64,000 nucleotides of DNA from Octopus bimaculoides (taxonomy: Eukaryota), in assembly GCF_001194135.2 (NCBI RefSeq), contig NC_068986.1, positions 44,388,252-44,452,251 of the forward strand. Reading direction: 5' to 3'. Each line of letters starts with the position of its first letter. The stretch's first letter is position 1. Shown here one piece after another: positions 1 to 12,585 of this stretch. The translations under genes and the position numbers were made by a program. Under the pieces are notes generated by a model that was not told the origin of the DNA, ran no database searches, and worked only from the letters and a program-made list of their open reading frames with translations.

Positions 1-791
1 GTACTAGGATCAAACATGGAATCACATCATTGCAAAGCAATGATCTGCAAGGTCATGCGCTGTTTATCTTGATATAAGTTCACCATGTCATACACGTAGT
101 TGTGATGCACGTGCCTGGTGTACCTTTATCCGATGGGTAGTCATGATGGGTATACTGGGCTTTGTATATTTGACCCCAGTGTCACTTTGATGGCATGCAC
201 TGCTCTTTCACTCAATAATAATAATAATAATAATAAATGCCCTGATGTAGTTCCAGGCAGTGGGTCTCTTAGGTTCTGATCTTAACCGATTGGAAGTGTT
301 AAAATGTACGTGCTTTGTTTTGTTGTAAAAGATAGGCTACAGCAAATATTCTGCTCAATACCACATATTTACTTGTCAGTTGCTTGACCATAATCAATTG
401 AGCATGTCTCTTAGTGGCTGATGATATGCACATTGCTATCACAAACAGGACTAGTGGGGGGAGCATCATAACCATGTGCTGAGAGGAATTCTTTGGGATG
501 TGAATAATTCACCTCTGGAAAATATGGATGTTTCATTCATCCTTAAACAACCCTTATTCGTGAACCTTTTGCATAAGATAACATACTTGACCTGAAGAAA
601 ATTTTAACTAGGTCCCCACCTGCAAAGTCATGCACTGTTTATTTTGATATGAGATCCCCATGTCACACACATATAGCTGTAATGCATGTACCTAGCGTAC
701 CCTTATCAGACAGGTAGTCATGAAGGGTATATTGGGTTTCATATATTTGTACCCCAGTGCCATTTTGACTGCATGCACTGCTCTCGCACTC

Positions 792-824
<33 letters not shown>

Positions 825-3362
825 CTGATTATTTGGGAACTAGATGTAAAATGTTAGATTTATCTGTAAATGGAATGCAATGTTTTCAACATTAATGGCT
901 TTTCAGATGTGAAGTGAAATAGCTACAGCTAGCTATCAAAAGCTGAGGGATGAATCCAAAAAGAGCTTTCCTCAAGTACTTACAAGTTTATATAGCAGAA
1001 GTATGTAACTGATAAAAATGAGCCCCCATATATTTTTATGCACACTTAAGAATTGTCATGTCATGCCTTCAGCCACACTACAAAGCCCATAACAAAGCAT
1101 TATTCTCACATCTGGAACAGTACTGCTACAGCATATGCACAAACATCTTGGACCACATCCAGAAAAAGCCCACCTCAATGGTTATATGCTCAGGTCGCTT
1201 CCACTCAGATACTTTTACACCACTCATTTCTCTTCTCATCATCCTTATTGTGTCCAGTTTCTCTGGCCCAACACTAATCATTTATGTCTCGGCTGTCCTT
1301 CTGAAAGCATTGGTTATCATGGATTCCCTTCTTGCTCATATCTTCCCTACAGATGTTCACTGACAAAAAGTTCAAGAGGAACATTAATGACATCAACATC
1401 ACTGGTCTAAGAGGGTCTGTGAAGGCTATGAACATTGCTTCCTCCAACCCAGTAAATACACACACACACAAAGGGCTTTCACAAATTTTCCACCTACCAA
1501 ACTTCACCCACAAGACACTGGTCCCCCTGACTCTATGGTAAAAGATACTTGCCCAAGGTGCTGCTCTGCAGTGGGATCAAACATGGAATCAAACTTTCTA
1601 ATCGCACAACCATATTGTAGCCACAAGTATTCCAAAGTAATTGCCTGCATTTAAACACGCACATGCAGGTGTGCCCCCACCACACACACACACACACACA
1701 CACACATAAACATGGCAGTTCATGAAATATAAAAAAATCTTTAAATCTAATTGCATTAATATGCTGAATTTTTCAATCTTGCAAAAGAAACTAAAAAACA
1801 TTATATGTTTAACTTGTGTTTAAGTCAGTTTAAGATGTTACATGATAAATAAACAAGATAGCTTCATTAATTAGTAAAAACGAGTAGATTGAACAGTTAA
1901 ATGTTATAAAATTGAACTTTTACAAAAAAGAAAAACAGAATTCAAGCTTTAATAATTTCTGAATTATTCCTAATAATTCATATAAATAAACAGATAATTA
2001 TAATTTATTTTAGAATAACTATGAATCTTATTTCAACATTAAATGATAAGATTTATCTAATCTTATAATTTTTATTAAATAGAAAAAGAAATTGAAAAAA
2101 GCATCAAGAAAATAAAAAATTCTTCGTTTAAAATTTGATCAACAGCATTGAGTGCTAAGTGATTCAAGTTGACAACTGATATGTATATTGTGCAGAATGT
2201 TTTAATATATTTCAGTGTTTGTGATTTGCTCTGGATATTTTGTACAGAGTTTAGTAATCCCCCACAAAAGTTGAACAGTTTTCAAGTTGAAGTTATATAT
2301 TGTTTGCCCAAGACTTTATAAACAATATGATTTAAGGACATATCACTTTTGCTAATTGCTTGCCAGCTTATATTTATTACAAGACCACTATGAGTAGACA
2401 GTTACTACTGAGAGTGAAGAGAAACTAATTGGCAAAGATACTGTAGTAGCTATTATAGAGCAGCAGTATATATTAGAGAACGTATAACTGAAGTGAAGAG
2501 ATATTAAAGTAGTTAAGTAACCCTAGTTAGTTCTACTGAAACTAAAGCCATTTGCAAAGTGCTGAGTTACAGTAGATGAATGAATATTCATGTTTAAAAG
2601 CATATTTTAATAAGCTTTTACAGACTGAAATAATTCGATATACTTTTTATCTTTTAATTGTTTCAGCCATTGGACTGTGACCATGCTGGGACACTCTCTT
2701 GAAAGGGTTTAGCTGAATAAATCAACCTCAGTACTTGTGTTTTTGTTAAAGTTTGGTACTTATCCTATAGGTATCTTCTGCTCAACTGCTATGTTATGGA
2801 GACAAACAAACCAGCACTAGTTGTCAAGCAATGGTGGGGAACAAGCACGATGACAAACACATAGATATATACATATACAACAGGTTGCCTTCAGTTGCTG
2901 TCTACAAAACCAACTCATAAGGCTTTAGTTAGTCTAGGATTATAGAAGACATTTGCCCTAAGATGCCAAACAGTGGCACTGAACCTGGAACCATGTGGTT
3001 GGAAAGCAAACTTCTTCCAAACAGCCATGTCTGTGCTTGTTATATTCTATATAAATGTGATTGACAAACCTAGCACACAAGGTATATCACTTTTAAACTT
3101 AACATTATACTGCCATACCATATTTGCTTATGTTAGATGCAGAGTAGCTGTGTATGTTGTGTTCCATTTACCATTCAGTCCAAATTTGCATTTTTCAGAA
3201 CTCTTTGATTAAAACCTTATTGGAAACAGGCATAGCTGGCATTTCTAAATATTTATTATAAGCTGTTTGAATCTTGAGAGGCAATTGATGAGGCATCTAT
3301 TATGGTAGTTATGATTACTTTGTAATTGATCTTAGTAAAATGAGAGATCAGAATGACTTTAA

Positions 3363-3580
3363 CCCTTTTGATACCAACCCGGCTGAAACTGCCTCTGGTT
3401 TTGTAACACAAATGTCTTATTTTCAAAAGTTCTGAATTAAAATCTTCCACTAAACCAGTCACAATTTATGTTCCTAACACTAGCTTAATAATAACTAAGT
3501 TATTTTACTAATTTCTTTGTTATATTTAAGATTAATTGAAAGAAACAGAGTATCTCAACAGAAATATGGTAACAAAAGGG
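3363..3580. mobile_element. piggyBac-type MITE
   Basis: TTAA|CCCTTTTGATACC ... GGTAACAAAAGGG|TTAA: terminal inverted repeats starting CCC with a TTAA target duplication. Related ends occur near 15540, 62370 and 63030. Confidence 0.6.
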
Positions 3581-5018
3581 TTAAGAAGCTATGATAATAA
3601 AGCTATATATTTATGTTATTGATTCATTATATAAAATTGTCGGGATTTTGAGAGTTGAAATAGGTTGTAGCTATCAATTTCACCTCTCACTATTCAGAGT
3701 CATGAGGGCGAAATAGTAATGTATTGGTAATGAAGTACACAAAGTAGACGTTAATTTCTTTTACGTTTCTTTTTTTTTTTTTTTTTTTTTTTTGTCCAAG
3801 TTAGTCACACAAAGATTAAAAGTGCTAATAAAAGTAATAATTTCATTAATCTCAAAGACAAACATCTAAATGCACAATGATTAGATATTCAAAAAAGAAA
3901 TAACCTTCTACCACAAAAGAGAAATACAAATAATTCAAATACAAAAATAATAATAAATGTAATAATACTGATTATGATGATAAGAAAACAAATAAATCTA
4001 TCTTCTAGACAGTAAAAGCGTAAGAAAAAAAAACAAAAACTAAATTTAATAGTGTCAAAAATGCAAAATACATTAACTTTTAATGAAATTATGAAGAAAA
4101 GGAAAGGAAAAGAAATTAGAGGGATGGAAAACAAACCCAACAAAATAAAGTGCTACACAATTGACACACAAAGGAAGAAATTAGGGGGGGAATATCCCAA
4201 TTTATAACAAATATTTCACACCAAATCAGCTTTCTAAATTAAGTTCAATGCAATAGCCAAGTCATTACAAACTACCTGTATGAAGGTTTACAATCATCTA
4301 TTGTTAGAGCTTACCAATGCGTCTTTTGCTGCGGACACTCCGGCCGCCAGGTCATAGTTATAGACCTTGAAAGATTTGATAGACAACAGAATTAAGAACA
4401 TTGCAAATCCTTCAACTGAAGCAAGCGAATCAGATAAATAAGAAAAAAAAAAAAATACATGAATGATTATTATTATTAAGTTAGCAAATAATAAGAAATA
4501 TAAAGTACTTGCATATGTGTCTGCATGAGCATATGTGAATTTGTGTTAGTGTGTGTGTATGTGTGTGTGCATGGCTGCGTCTGCTTGTTGTAGATAATAT
4601 ACTATCATCATCACTACCATTTCATGTCTGCTCTCAATGTTGGTATGTGTTAGGGCATTAGGTAATTTCACAGGAATGTAAAGGCTGGAGAACCATGCTT
4701 TGCTCCAGTGCCACAGCTTTTGCATGGTTTCTCTGCCTGCATGCCATTCCTCATTCCAACTACTTCAAGGGGCATAACTGGTGCATGTTTTCATGGCACC
4801 ATATAAATAAATACACACACACACATATCTACTACATATGTGGGAAATTATGTCTGTGGGTGTGTTTGTGGAGTTGTTAGCTAACTCCTCCTACATTGTT
4901 TTATCACTTTTGTTGAAACTTGACACGTGAGTAGAACTCATGTCTGGAAACCTCATGGCATACTCAAATTGTTGAAAAAAATTGATAATAGGGCCTCTGG
5001 AGGGGATTCTTATATATA

Positions 5019-5719
5019 TCTAATATATTTCATTTTAACATCCATTCGCCCAGAGTTTAACAGCCAAAAGAAATAACCCATTCATTTTCCTAAATCATTT
5101 GGTACAAATCAAATTAAGTATGCTTATGTCTTAGTATTTGAACTGTTAGAGTTATTTTTGCAATTTATCCAGTACAACCCTTAAACAAGTAAATGGTATT
5201 TTCCTAAGCAATAGATCCACTTATTTTGGTTAGTGACTTATTCACAAATATACCAATACTAGTGCTGCTGAGGGTAATATTCTCTGGGAATGCACAAAAG
5301 CCCTTTTCAGAGTTATTTACTTTGAATTGTTATTATCTCATATCTGATTAACCAGTTATTACATAACATGCTTCACGATTTTAGTATACATACCTTATTA
5401 GTATTTCCTCCTAAGTTCTATATATTCTGGGAACACATTAAAGCCCTTTCCGGAGCTACTTTATTTGAATTCTTACTATTGGGTAACTAATTTCATGTTA
5501 TTACATAACTGACTTCACAATTTGGGTATTCACAACTTATTGGGAATTCCTAAAATCAAGATCCCGTGTAAGACAGCTTGGTATTCTCTGTAAATGCACA
5601 AACACCATTTTAAGGGCTACATACTTTGTATTGTTGTTATTGGATTGGTGAAACAATTATGAGAACGGAACCAAGGGATAAGCCCCGCTTTCCAAAGAAT
5701 TACCGGGTACGTCAGCTAG
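5019..5719 (+). mobile_element. Non-autonomous Helitron-like element
   Basis: Begins TC (5019) and ends CTAG (5719), sits between a host A and T inside (AT)n, has a CCCG...CGGG hairpin ending 12 nt before the 3' end, shows no TSD, and carries internal degenerate tandem repeats of about 145-165 bp. Confidence 0.55.
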
Positions 5720-5919
5720 TATATATATATATATGTTAATTCTCTAAACGAGGTATTAACAGTAACTGCACGATAAAGTGAAGTATATTGCCACTTAAAT
5801 GTGGCTGACCCCTAGGGGTGGATGTTACTGTTGCTTTTAGCCCCAGGAGGACATCTCCTCCAGCTGGCTTATCAACACACTTTCTGTGTCCTGTTTGTTT
5901 TGCCGAGGGAAGTTATCCC

Positions 5920-6007
5920 TCTCATCGTGATCTGTAGCACGAACGGACTCGAGTTTCAGGGTTATTTCCCTTCGTCAGCGTCCGATAGCCACCGATCTGC
6001 GATGAGA
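5920..6007 (-). ncRNA. Type I hammerhead ribozyme with intact core and extended stem I
   Basis: Minus strand reads CGGACG-CTGACGA-AGGG(AAATAA)CCCT-GAAA-CTCGAG-T-C-CGTTCG. This gives stem I CGGACG/CGTTCG, a CUGANGA core, stem II, GAAA, a palindromic stem III ACTCGAGT and a GUC cleavage triplet. Stem I continues as GTGGC/GCTAC, GATC/GATC and TCTCATCG/CGATGAGA. Confidence 0.85.
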
Positions 6008-6667
6008 TATACATAAGTTTTGCCAAGAATTNNNNNNNNNNNNNNNNNNNNNNNNNNNNNNNNNNNNNNNNNNNNNNNNNNNNNNNNNNNNNNNNNNNNN
6101 NNNNNNNNNNNNNNNNNNNNNNNNNNNNNNNNNNNNNNNNNNNNNNNNNNNNNNNNNNNNNNNNNNNNNNNNNNNNNNNNNNNNNNNNNNNNNNNNNNNN
6201 NNNNNNNNNNNNNNNNNNNNNNNNNNNNNNNNNNNNNNNNNNNNNNNNNNNNNNNNNNNNNNNNNNNNNNNNNNNNNNNNNNNNNNNNNNNNNNNNNNNN
6301 NNNNNNNNNNNNNNNNNNNNNNNNNNNNNNNNNNNNNNNNNNNNNNNNNNNNNNNNNNNNNNNNNNNNNNNNNNNNNNNNNNNNNNNNNNNNNNNNNNNN
6401 NNNNNNNNNNNNNNNNNNNNNNNNNNNNNNNNNNNNNNNNNNNNNNNNNNNNNNNNNNNNNNNNNNNNNNNNNNNNNNNNNNNNNNNNNNNNNNNNNNNN
6501 NNNNNNNNNNNNNNNNNNNNNNNNNNNNNNNNNNNNNNNNNNNNNNNNNNNNNNNNNNNNNNNNNNNNNNNNNNNNNNNNNNNNNNNNNNNNNNNNNNNN
6601 NNNNNNNNNNNNNNNNNNNNNNNNNNNNNNNNNNNNNNNNNNNNNNNNNNNNNNNNNNNNNNNNNNN

Positions 6668-7060
6668 CATAGTTATACATGCACATATATACATATATAT
6701 ATACATACATATGTATATATACATACATATCTATATATACATAGTTATACATGCACATATATACATATATATATACATACATATGTATATATACATACAT
6801 ATATATATATGTATATCTATATATATATATGTATATATATATATACATACATAAACTTACACGTGTATATACATTCATGTGTATATATATACATACATAT
6901 ATATATAAATACATATCTATATATAGACATGCATATATATATAAATACATATCTATATATAGACATGCATATATATATATATGTATAGATATACATATAT
7001 ACTCATACACATATGTACATGTATACATATATGTACACGCATGCACACACACACACGCAG
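6668..7060. repeat. Compound (AT)/(ACAT) microsatellite
   Basis: Continuous TATATACATAC-type low-complexity run next to an assembly gap. Confidence 0.9.
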
Positions 7061-8900
7061 TATGTAGGGAGAGAGTAGACAATCCAGGTGTCATTTAATG
7101 ATCAGTGGCTATCTGAAGTTATATAGAGAACAATTTCCTCTGTGTGTGTGTACTTTATTGTACATCACACATAAGTAAATGTGCCTTATCTGTCTATATG
7201 TGCAAGCACATACCTACAATATTAGCATACAAACTGCAGTCAATATGCCTGTCATTTAGATCAATTCATTTTTATGTCACATGATACATTTCAATCAGTT
7301 TCCAAGACAGTACTTCAACTTGAATGATTTATATCGGCTTCAAACTAACTGATTCCTAATTATAATATCATTGTATACATTTGACTGACCTTTCTCATCT
7401 TGTTATCATTTCAAATTATATTACTACCCACTTTAATTAAATCTGAATGACCCACACTTAAGCAAGCAGCCTAATGTCTCTCTGTAATATATATTGAATC
7501 AGTTCTGAAAAACAACTGCTGGTGCTATTATATAATATACATTACATGATATGCATGACCAAATTGTCATTACCATCTGTGTGTATAGACTTGCTATGTG
7601 ATAATTGCCTCACATTATTGAAATAATTATAAACCATGGAATAAATATTATACCATAAACATTCTTCACTTATGTATATGTGTGCATGGATATGCACATA
7701 TATATAAATATGTATGGATAAATATGTATATAAATAAAAAGGACCCAAAAAATAGGTACATTACCCTGACCAGTAATGTATCCCTGAAACAGCTGTAGAT
7801 GGAACACCCTCCTATTTTTCGGACCCTTTTTATTTACTGTTCTTAACCTTGATATCTTGATATCTGCGGAGAATCTTTATGCCTATACATGCATGTATTA
7901 TGTTGATGTGTATAAATATATGATTCAATTACATTGATTGAATATCTTCATTTATGTGTTCAGGAATTTGGTTGACTGCCTTGGATTTGCGTTTTCATTT
8001 TCCTCTACGTTGTATTATTTCACATTGGCTCTCTACGAACACTCTGTAAATACCCCATACTTTCTATAACATACTTAATATTATACTTATAAATGTATAT
8101 ATATTCATAAATGTATACAGATAAGTACATATATATCAACTGAATTGAATCTTGCCAATCATGCTTTTATTAGCTCAGTACCTTCTGGCATATAAATGGC
8201 TACTGATAACATGACACTGTAGAAAAAATTAACATCCCCCTCGCATGATCCAGTTACAAGATTAAGCAACATAATCACAACTGTTTAATGATATCAGGTA
8301 TTCTGCAACTGCAATCATTATAACAACATTAGTTACACATGGTGTGCACTGAAGAAATATAATGAATGAAGATGAATGACTAGTGACAGTTTAATACATG
8401 TTACAAATGTTTCTATAGCATGGTAATTTATTTGCTATTCATGTATTACACATGCCAAAATTTACCAGCGATTTCATCAAGTATTCTGAAACATTGAAAG
8501 GAAAAACTCAACTGCCTATAGAATTGATTCCTAAGAAACTTTAGGAGGAGTACACTTTGATCATATCAATTGTGGGAGGAGTTCAAAAAGGAATTCAGCT
8601 AATCAAACATTGATATTTTGGTATCATCAGCTCATTCTAGAAAAAAATAAGTGTGGTCAATTTCCATGTACTATCAGCATTAATTGCTATAGTTGGGCAA
8701 AATATTTACAATTATACTGATAACATGACATATCTCCTGACCAAAGAGACTCTTTTGACACTAATCAAACATTAAGAAAATATAACATGAATTAACTTTC
8801 CCGTCTTGGTTCATTACCCATATCCTATCTAGCTCCTTAAGATTTGCTCTAGCACCCTAACACTACCATCTTATCTTCTTCCTAGTTGTCTTATATAATG

Positions 8901-8952
<52 letters not shown>

Positions 8953-9589
8953 CAAATGTACATATATTCATGTCTGGTAGTTAAACAATGCCTCGATAAT
9001 GTTTCATCTACTCCAAACTAACATGTAAAATCTGCTGTAAAAACTATATCAATGAATACGTGTGTGTGTATATCAACACCCTCCTCCTCCTCCTCATCAT
9101 CATCATCATTTTACTGTCCACTTTTCTGTGCATGAGTCAGATGGAATTTGATGAGGCAAATTTTCTATGAATGGATGTCTTCTTGTCAACCTTCACCTGT
9201 TTCCAAGCAAAGTAATATTCCCTCATGGCCAGATGTTTTTCACAGGAGAATGTATGACAGTGACCCTTGTTTACAAGCATTGTGTTATGTCACTGCAAAC
9301 ACACACACACTTACACACACACATGACCTAGTGGCTGGAGTGTTGCACTCAAAATTGTGTGATTGTGATTCCCAGACCAGGCAGTGCATTGTGTTCTTGA
9401 GCAAAACACTTCACATTGTTCTGCAATTACTTTGACATCTGGTGTGTGGCACACTGTGCACCTGTACAGGCAATGTTAATTTTGAGGAGAGTGAGCTAAT
9501 GAGCAGCGAAACATTATATTACTATAAACAGATCATCTATGTAGGATGATCAGCAAGAAATTGCAGAACCTTCATCTGTCATCTACAGT

Positions 9590-10350
9590 AGGAGAGTCCA
9601 CATATGTATATATTTGTATGTATGGCAGATACACAGGAACAATTAACAGAAACAGACGCATGGGAAATAGATTCTCTCAAATGTTCAGGAAGATCCTTGG
9701 AAGTAGCAAACAGCTTCTGTTACTTAGGTGACTTGATTTGCAATGCAAAAGGATCCTCTGAATGCAATCGCTAGAATAAGAACCAGTTAGAGAAAGTTCA
9801 GAGAGTTAATGCCCATGTTGATAACAAAAGGTCTCTCAGAGCAAAAGGCAGGTTGTATGATGCTTATATACAAACCGCAATGCTGCACAATAGTGAGAGA
9901 TGGATCCAGAATGCAGAGGACATGCAAAGACTAGAAAAAAAATGAAGCTAGCATATTCTGTCAGATGTGCAATGTCAGTGCACATGTATGGCAAAGCACA
10001 AATGTGTGGAGAAAAAAACTGTGAGTACAAAGTATCAAATGTAATGTGCAAGAGAGATGACTGTGCTGGTATGGTCACAGATGCGCATGGATGAGGATAG
10101 CTATGTAAAAAGTGCTGATTGCTAAATGTGGATGGAACTCATGGAAGGAGGCCCAGGAAGATGTGGGGCAAAGTGGTGAGAAATGATCTTCAGATGTTGA
10201 GCCTCACAGAAAAGATGACAAGGGACTGAGACTTCTGGTGGTCTGCTGTGCTTGAGAAGACACTTCAAGCTAAGTAAAATCGTGGCCATCCATATATACA
10301 GGCTGGTCCTATATGACTATGACCCTTCTCACTCACATATACACTCTATT
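9590..10350 (+). mobile_element. RTE LINE 3' fragment
   Basis: Aligns by eye with the 3' part of the 56-58 kb RTE copy (GACAG-TTGT-TGATGC...GAGACATG...GAAAGAAATGAA...). Confidence 0.6.
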
Positions 10351-11857
10351 CTCTGTCAAAGCTCTCTTACAGCCCATCTACCCAATACCCCACCATGCAT
10401 GATCCCCATCCACTGCAGGTCTCTTGACTCTTCCTGATGTGCCTATCTGCACACTCATCATACCCTTACATATCTGCCATACCCCACTCACAGCCACTCC
10501 ATTTTCTCTCATCATCACTTGATACAATCAAGTCCTTCTCATCTCTAAACATCTCTCCTCAAACTCTTATGGAACATCCCCCTCTATCTCCACTATACTA
10601 ATACATCTCCAACACCATCTATTTCTCTCCCTCTCTCTTTTTTTCTTTCCCTCTCACACTCTGATTGTCTCTTTAACTCTCCTCTTCCTCTCTTTCATTG
10701 TCTTACTGCAGTAGTCAAGTATCTCCTTAATAGTAAGACAACTATCCCTGTCCCTCTATTATACTCTAACTTCTCAACTGGCATACAACTGCTTTCCTTG
10801 GTTCCACCCCCTCTTTCAGCTGAGAGAGTTTTGTCTTGCAAGCTACTCAGAGACCCTGTTGGTGCTGGTGCCACATAAAAAGTGCTTTTGATGATGCCCT
10901 GCCAAAAGCATCTGTGCTGGTGTCACGTAAAAAGCACCTGTGTTGGTGCCACATGAAATGAAACCAGTATACTCTGTAAAGTAGATAGCATTAGGAAGGG
11001 TATCCAGCTACAGACAGATGTAGCCTTGTGCAGCTTTCCAGCTTTCCAGCTCCTGTCAAACCATCCAACCCATGCCATCATGGAAAATGGATGTTTAATG
11101 ATGACAATGAAGATGATATATGTACATTTATGTATGTGAAGGTATATCTACTGATGTATAAGTGTGTGAGCCTTATTTAACCTGCCTTTTTTTTTCTTCT
11201 TCTTCTGGTGGTATGTAACTGGAATTACATTCATGGTCAAACACACCAATTGACATGGTATGTACTATTTTAGCTTTTCTTCATTGCCCCTTCAAGAAAT
11301 TGGCTAACTTTACTACTTACTATTAATTCTATACTTGGCATCCTATTCTCTTTTTTTTTCTTTTCTTTTCATCCTTTTTCTCAAGCGGCCAAATCTTTTA
11401 CCTGTCTTCAGCCTGTTTTGATTTTCTCCTTCTGCATGTCCTCTATTTTCTCCCCACTCCTCTTCCTTTTCTTTCCCTCCTTCTTCTTTCTTCCTCCTCC
11501 TCCTCCATTTTTATCCATTTAGATTTATCAACCATTTAATCATGCACGCTCATTTATTTATCTGTTTACTTATTTACTTAATTTTCTTCCCTCCTCAGCC
11601 TCTTATCTCTACTTTTTCTTTCCCTTGCATACTCATACCTTTCCTTTCTTTCTCTTTTCCCCATCTCTAACTTCACCTTTTCTCCATCTACTTTCCCTCT
11701 TCTTTCTGCTTAAAGGTGGGTCCTCTAGCAATTATTCCAACAACTGCTATATATATAGGACAATTTTTTGCTTACCATTTATATTTTGAAATACTTGACT
11801 AAGGAAGGTAGAATTTTATGCAAGAATTGTCTTGCACAACTACTGGAAACACATGTA

Positions 11858-12333
11858 CGAGGTCTGATCAAAAAGTATTGGAACTGGTTCTATAAAAGGA
11901 AAACTACAGCACATATCAATTCAGCATTTAATCTCCTTTGAAGTAATCCCCTTCTGAAGAAAACACTTTATCCAGTGGCATTTCTATTGAGGGAAATGTT
12001 CCTGAAACTCCTTTTTCAGGAGAGCAAGCAGCTGCCTCAGCACATTTTTTTAGATTTTATCGATATCTTAAAATCTCAATGCAGATTCTCTGCTTTTGAA
12101 ATCTCAATGTCTTGAAATCTTGTTGTTGCAGATTCTCTGCTCATTTTTTGTCCTGCCATAGTCACTGATGGTACCTCTGTGGTGTGGTGAGACAACCACA
12201 CACTACACACTTTACTTCCAGGCACTACTAAAAACAACAGAGTTCAAGGTCAATCTGTGCCAAGCAGCTTTGTTCTGTGTCCTTTCGTTCATTACCATAG
12301 CAACAGCCCCAATACTTTTTTGATCAAACCTTG
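11858..12333 (-). mobile_element. Internally deleted mariner element
   Basis: TIRs TA|CGAGGTCTGATCAAAAAGTATTG and CAATACTTTTTTGATCAAACCTTG|TA with TA target sites. The minus strand retains a mariner C-terminal remnant (HWIKC...EGDYFKGD). Confidence 0.7.
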
Positions 12334-12384
12334 TATTAAATATATCAAAATACCAAAATATCAACATTTGGTTTGTCTTTATTC

Positions 12385-12513
12385 TGCTGTGTGTGTGTAT
12401 ACGCATACATATACATACATGTTTGAGCATGTATGTGTATGTCTATATATATGTGTGTGTGTGTGTATATATGTATGTGTGTATGTACATGTGTATGTAT
12501 ATACACATATGTA

Positions 12514-12562
<49 letters not shown>

Positions 12563-12585
12563 ATATGTATATATATGCAAGCATA
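12385..12585. repeat. (GT)n/(GTAT)n microsatellite
   Basis: Long GT dinucleotide run with ATGT variants. Confidence 0.9.

Noticed and set aside
960-1363. Possible downstream WDR7 exon (GGSFLS...YKL-like words before a GTAAGT)
   Set aside because: The motifs fall in different frames with intervening stops, and there is no suitable acceptor.
3889-4143. Hydrophobic 84-aa ORF resembling a membrane protein
   Set aside because: It comes from a T-rich low-complexity strand and has no recognisable domain or splice context.
5922-7098. Long ORFs of 115-390 aa in the ORF track
   Set aside because: They are read-through of N gaps and (AT)n microsatellites. The same applies to the ORFs at 26449-27279, 34458-35051 and 23888-24358.
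11340-11720. Long polypyrimidine/polypurine tract
   Set aside because: It is low-complexity sequence with no mirror symmetry I could verify. Similar tracts occur at 10490-10800 and 42200-42520.
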